From Pseudomonadota bacterium (GTDB taxonomy: Bacteria > Pseudomonadota > Alphaproteobacteria > Paracaedibacterales > CAITNM01), in contig JAPLON010000104.1 in the NCBI GenBank assembly GCA_026400695.1, positions 1 to 30,893 on the forward strand: a stretch of DNA of 30,893 nt, given 5' to 3'. Shown here piece by piece: positions 26,972 through 30,893 of this stretch. Under the pieces are notes generated by a model. That model saw nothing but the letters and a program-made list of their open reading frames with translations. It ran no database searches and was not told where the DNA came from. A program made the position numbers and the translations under genes. Position 1 is the stretch's first letter; each line of letters begins with the position of its first letter.

Positions 26972-27604
26972 TTAACGGTTTGTTCTTAGTTGGTTTAAGA
27001 GAATTGTCTTAATTTTTTCAGGAACAGTTGAATGGGCGAAGCTCGTTACATATGCTCCATCAGGGCCAACCACATACACAACACTTGTGTGGTTTATCAA
27101 ATAGTCGCTAAAACCTTCCTTGATTTCCTTTTTAGCATAAACTTTGTACTTGCTCATGGCATCTTGTAATGCTTCTTCTTTGCCTGTAAGCATCACTATG
27201 TTTGGATCAAAGTTAGTGCTATATAATTTTAAGGTTTCACAAGTATCGCGAGTTGGATCAACACTTACAAAAAAAACACCTATTTTATCTCTATCTTTAC
27301 CAAGCATTTGCAAAGCTGTCGTGATATGTTCCAATGCCATTGGACAAACGTCGGGACAGTAAGTATACCCAAAATAAATCAACAGAATCTTTCCGCGATA
27401 TTCAGAGGTAGACCTCAACTTTCCGTTGTGATCAATCAAGGTAAAATCTCCACCAATCTTTTTATCTTTGTTAGAGACATCATCTACAGTTGTTTCTTTG
27501 TATATGGTTCCCTTTGGTTCTTGGAATTTATATATGGACAAAGTAATACCTAAACCAATACTGATCCCAAGTAATGCTAAAATGATTAATCTCTTATGAG
27601 CCAT
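26972..27604 (-). CDS. SCO1/SenC family copper chaperone
   Basis: N-terminal membrane anchor, IGGDFTLIDH.G, YFGYTYCPDVCP, VDPTRD, INHTS. Confidence 0.93.
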   Translation of the reverse strand: MAHKRLIILALLGISIGLGITLSIYKFQEPKGTIYKETTVDDVSNKDKKIGGDFTLIDHNGKLRSTSEYRGKILLIYFGYTYCPDVCPMALEHITTALQMLGKDRDKIGVFFVSVDPTRDTCETLKLYSTNFDPNIVMLTGKEEALQDAMSKYKVYAKKEIKEGFSDYLINHTSVVYVVGPDGAYVTSFAHSTVPEKIKTILLNQLRTNR

Positions 27605-27764
27605 ACACTAACTTTATTTTTTTAAATTTGAGCCAATCATATATTGTTTATAGCACCACAAAAAGCATAATAAGCTTAGATACAAGACTTTATCTTTGAA
27701 CTACCAAGATATTGCTTTAAACTTAACCTATGTTATGGAAAAATCAAATCAATAGGAAAATTAT

Positions 27765-28925
27765 ATGATTGGTATATTTGCTGCAAAGCGTACTGCAATA
27801 GGTGCGTTTCAAGGACAATTTAGTTCATATTCAGCTACTGATTTGGGTGGGCACGCTATTAAAGCCGCATACAAAGCTTCTGGAATTAATGAAATCGATG
27901 AAATTTTTATGGGATGCGTTCTACAAGGTGGTTTAGGACAAGCCCCCGCTAGACAGGCAACAATTAAAGCCGAAATGAATGAAAGTATTCCAGCTACTAC
28001 AATCAATAAGGTTTGTGGATCTGGTATGCAATCTATTATGTTTGCCTGTAATAGTCTGCGTCTTGGAAATATTAAATCTGCTATTGCTGGTGGTATGGAA
28101 AGCATGAGTAATGCGCCATACGCCTTAGAAAAAGCTAGATCAGGCTATCGTTTTGGCCACAGTACCATCATTGATTTAATGTTACATGATGGCCTTGAAG
28201 ATGCCTTTGCGCGCGCACCACAAGGTGGAAGATGTGCCATGGGTTTTTTAGCTGATGCAACAGCTAACGCATATTCATTTTCTCGTGAATCTCAAGAAGA
28301 TTTTGCCAAACTAACCTACGAAAAGGCACATGCAGCCCAAAAATCAGGAGCATTCAATAATGAAATCGCACCTCTTCTTCATAAAGATAAAAAAGGTGAA
28401 ATAGTTATTGATCAAGATGAGCAAATAACACGAGTTCAACCCGCTAAATTTGCTGTACTCAAGCCTGCTTTTAAAGCAGACGGTACCATAACAGCCGCAA
28501 CCAGCTCATCTCTAGCGGATGGGGCAGCAGCTTTAGTATTATCTTCTAACACTACTGGAGCCATGGCTAGAATTGTTGGATATACATCCCATGCCCAAAG
28601 TTCTGAAACTTTTGCTACAGCACCAATTGGCGCCATTGAAAAATTATGCAAGCAAATAGGATGGTCGATTAATTCTGTTGATGCTTTTGAAATTAATGAA
28701 GCGTTCGCCGTAGTTCCAATGGCGGTGATTAATACCCTTCAAATACCACGGGAAAAAGTAAATATTTATGGTGGAGCTTGCGCCCTAGGTCACCCTATTG
28801 GTACCAGCGGAGCACGCATTGTTGTAACTTTGCTTAATGTTATGCAGCAAAACAACTTTAAAAGAGGTATTGCCGCCGTTTGTATTGGAGGTGGCGAAGC
28901 AACCGCTATTGCTATTGAAATTTAG
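27765..28925 (+). CDS. Acetyl-CoA C-acetyltransferase (thiolase, PhaA/AtoB type)
   Basis: GQAPARQ, INKVCGSG, GGMESMSNAP, NEAFA, GHPIGTSG, CIGGGE. Confidence 0.96.
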   Translation: MIGIFAAKRTAIGAFQGQFSSYSATDLGGHAIKAAYKASGINEIDEIFMGCVLQGGLGQAPARQATIKAEMNESIPATTINKVCGSGMQSIMFACNSLRLGNIKSAIAGGMESMSNAPYALEKARSGYRFGHSTIIDLMLHDGLEDAFARAPQGGRCAMGFLADATANAYSFSRESQEDFAKLTYEKAHAAQKSGAFNNEIAPLLHKDKKGEIVIDQDEQITRVQPAKFAVLKPAFKADGTITAATSSSLADGAAALVLSSNTTGAMARIVGYTSHAQSSETFATAPIGAIEKLCKQIGWSINSVDAFEINEAFAVVPMAVINTLQIPREKVNIYGGACALGHPIGTSGARIVVTLLNVMQQNNFKRGIAAVCIGGGEATAIAIEI

Positions 28926-29017
28926 TACTTTAACCCAAGGCTAATTTTCGTATTACTAAACTGCAGAATGAACAAATCTCTATAGCCAACATCACATAAA
29001 ATGATAAAGTTTTTACA

Positions 29018-29099
29018 CTGGATCACCACGACCCTACGCGTCTCGTGATGACTGTTTTATGAGTCTTTGCGAGCAAGCTTTGCTTGCGTGGCAATGCAG
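29018..29099. repeat. Inverted pair of REP/RPE-like palindromic repeats
   Basis: 29018-29052 CTGGATCACCACG..CTCGTGATGAC and 29063-29099 GTCTTTGCGAG..CGTGGCAATGCAG. Both resemble the GTCATTGCGAG..GCAATCCAG repeat family in opposite orientations and each is self-complementary. Confidence 0.72.
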
Positions 29100-29114
29100 T
29101 ATAAAGTAATCAGT

Positions 29115-29449
29115 TTATAATAAGCCATATTTCTTCTTAAGGAGATTTAGACTTTCTCTATCGTGCATTAATCTAATTTTATCTTCTTCCTTTTTAGTCT
29201 TTTCTCTTCTCTCTGCTTCAATCTTCAAACCTAAGCTGTCATAATTTTCTGATTTTTCTTTATCTAATTTTTTTCATCATTCAGTTTTTGTTTTAGTTTA
29301 TTAACTGGATGTTCCTTACCATTATCATTCTCCCCTATAGCTGGGCCATTCAAATCTAAGTTAAAATTATCAGATTTATTTCCTGCAAACAAAAAACCAA
29401 AAGATATGGCTAAAAAGAAAAATCTAGTTTTAGTATTAAATGTCTTCAT
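29115..29449 (-). pseudogene. Hypothetical exported charged protein split at an A7 run
   Basis: MKTFNTKTRFFFLAISFGFLFAG..NDEKN*. One extra A at 29268-29274 (T7 on the + strand) extends it with KLDKEKSENYDSLGLKIEAERREKTKKEEDKIRLMHDRESLNLLKKKYGLL*. Confidence 0.55.
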
Positions 29450-30656
29450 AATATTTATCATTATCCAATAACCCTTCTGAATGATCTACGCAAAGAGCAA
29501 CTGCTGCGTCACCTGTAATGCTGATTGTAGTACGCATCATATCAATAATGCGGTCAATACCTGCAATTAAGGCAATACCTTCTATAGGCAAGCCAATTGA
29601 ACCTAAAACCATTGGAAGCATTACAATAGTACCACTTGGAATTCCAGCTCCGCCAATTGATCCTAACGTCCCTGTTAAAATTATGTATCCATAATCACTG
29701 GGCTCTAAAACCTTACCTGTTGCTTGGGCAAAAAATAATGCACATAAACTTATATAAATAGCAATACCATCCATGTTAATAGATGCACCTAGTGGCAAAA
29801 CAAATGAAGAACTCAGCGATGAAATTCCCAAACGTTTTTGACAAACTCTAATTGTTGTTGGCAATGCCGCCTTAGTACTACTTGTTGAAAATGCTAACGC
29901 TTGGTATTCAAGGCTCTTCTTAAAAAATGGCCTTGGAGACAAGCGTGTCCATAAAAAGATCAATAGTCCAAAAACCAAGTATTGAACACCAAATGCTATA
30001 TATGCGCAACTTACCAATTTAACTAATTTAGTTAACACTTCTAAACCTTGAGTGCCAATAATCCACGCAGTCAAAGCACATGCCGCAAGGGGAGACAGCT
30101 GAACAATAAAGTGAACCATTTTAAACACCATTGCAGACAACAGCTGAAAAATACTTGCTAACCGTTTTGATGATTCATTATCTAACGTATTTAAGGTAAT
30201 TCCAGTAAACAAAGCAAAAAATACTACCTGAAGCACAACTCCTTGTGCCATTGCGTCAATGGCGTTCTCTGGAACAATATTTAAGATTATTTCAATAATT
30301 TTAGCTGCGTTAGTATCTCTTGGTATGTCTGGTAAGTTTTCACCACTAAAATTTAAAACTACACCACTACCTGGTTCAAAAATGGTACCAACTATCAAGC
30401 CAATAGAAATTGCAAATAAAGTAGTAATCAAATAAGCAGCTGTTGCCTTAATTCCAACCCTACCAAGAGCCTTAGAATCGTTAACGCTGGTAATTCCACT
30501 TATGATTGCAAAAAAAATCAATGGAACAATTATCATTTTAATAAGGCGAATAAACAAATCACCAAATGGCTTTAGGTAGGCAGCGTCCTCTTTTAAGACA
30601 ATACCTAAAATAACGCCCAACACGAGGCCTATTAAAACTTTTTTCCACAATTTCAT
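29436..30656 (-). CDS. Dicarboxylate/amino acid:cation symporter (DAACS, GltP-like)
   Basis: FIRLIKMIIVPL, FSTSS..ALP, PLGASINMDG, IDRIIDMMRT. Confidence 0.96.
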   Translation of the reverse strand: MKLWKKVLIGLVLGVILGIVLKEDAAYLKPFGDLFIRLIKMIIVPLIFFAIISGITSVNDSKALGRVGIKATAAYLITTLFAISIGLIVGTIFEPGSGVVLNFSGENLPDIPRDTNAAKIIEIILNIVPENAIDAMAQGVVLQVVFFALFTGITLNTLDNESSKRLASIFQLLSAMVFKMVHFIVQLSPLAACALTAWIIGTQGLEVLTKLVKLVSCAYIAFGVQYLVFGLLIFLWTRLSPRPFFKKSLEYQALAFSTSSTKAALPTTIRVCQKRLGISSLSSSFVLPLGASINMDGIAIYISLCALFFAQATGKVLEPSDYGYIILTGTLGSIGGAGIPSGTIVMLPMVLGSIGLPIEGIALIAGIDRIIDMMRTTISITGDAAVALCVDHSEGLLDNDKYYEDI

Positions 30657-30753
30657 AAAAACTAAATTTTTTTGGAACAGATCAACAGTCTAACCTAAGT
30701 ATGATTTTTGGTAACTAAAATATTTACAAAAGCTTACACTGATTAAAATAAAA

Positions 30754-30893
30754 GGGGCTGACACCTGACTTTTAAGAAGTTAGGATGTAAAAATGTATGT
30801 AAAGCATTGCAAACTGTCACGTTCAGAGCAGTTAAGACTATTAGAATATTTTGTTGCAGGAACTCCTGCCAGAACAGCAGCGGATTTAGTTGG
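30754..30893 (+). mobile_element. IS1595-family (IS1016-group) element, left end and transposase start (runs off the window)
   Basis: GGGGCTGAC terminal motif at 30754. ATG at 30793 gives MYVKHCKLSRSEQLRLLEYFVAGTPARTAADLVG, like IS1016 transposase N-termini. Confidence 0.82.

Noticed and set aside
7889-28651. Numerous 60-98 aa ORFs nested in or antisense to lnt, the mevalonate genes, parB, uvrB, phaC, the ABC exporter, Sco and thiolase
   Set aside because: They are fully overlapped by confidently identified genes and have no independent coding signal.
1-30893. CRISPR array or stop-codon reassignment
   Set aside because: No regularly spaced direct repeats. Long genes terminate normally at TAA, TAG and TGA, so the isolated in-frame stops do not indicate an alternative genetic code.

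Overview
AT-rich bacterial chromosome segment, most consistent with an intracellular alphaproteobacterium (Holosporales/Rickettsiales-like). This is inferred from the style of uvrB, parAB, phaC, lnt and mlaC, not from a search. Bases 1-7.5 kb are a decayed accessory region. An IS110-family element with a CT core (66-1324) sits inside an IS3 element (42-2722), exactly at the orfB stop codon. Its left end folds into a two-loop bridge-RNA-like structure whose loops match both the present insertion site and the element's own circle junction. Next come an IS256 remnant, a DEDDh exonuclease, back-to-back 5'-truncated DUF4143 and ApeR-like ketosynthase genes, a truncated HI0074/HEPN gene and a putative lipoprotein cysteine protease. 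The core region (8-23 kb) has mlaC, lnt, a five-gene mevalonate cluster (HMGR-MVK-PMK-MVD-HMGS, no IPP isomerase in the window), hslO and rsmG (each containing a perfect parS), parA, parB, uvrB, phaC and tRNA-Leu(TAA). The right part has a small DUF1328 gene missed by the ORF track, an ABC exporter, a DUF1207 protein, a secreted protein, Sco, thiolase, a REP/RPE-like repeat pair, a DAACS symporter and the start of an IS1595 (IS1016-group) element. All calls come from reading motifs by eye; no database search or folding program was run.
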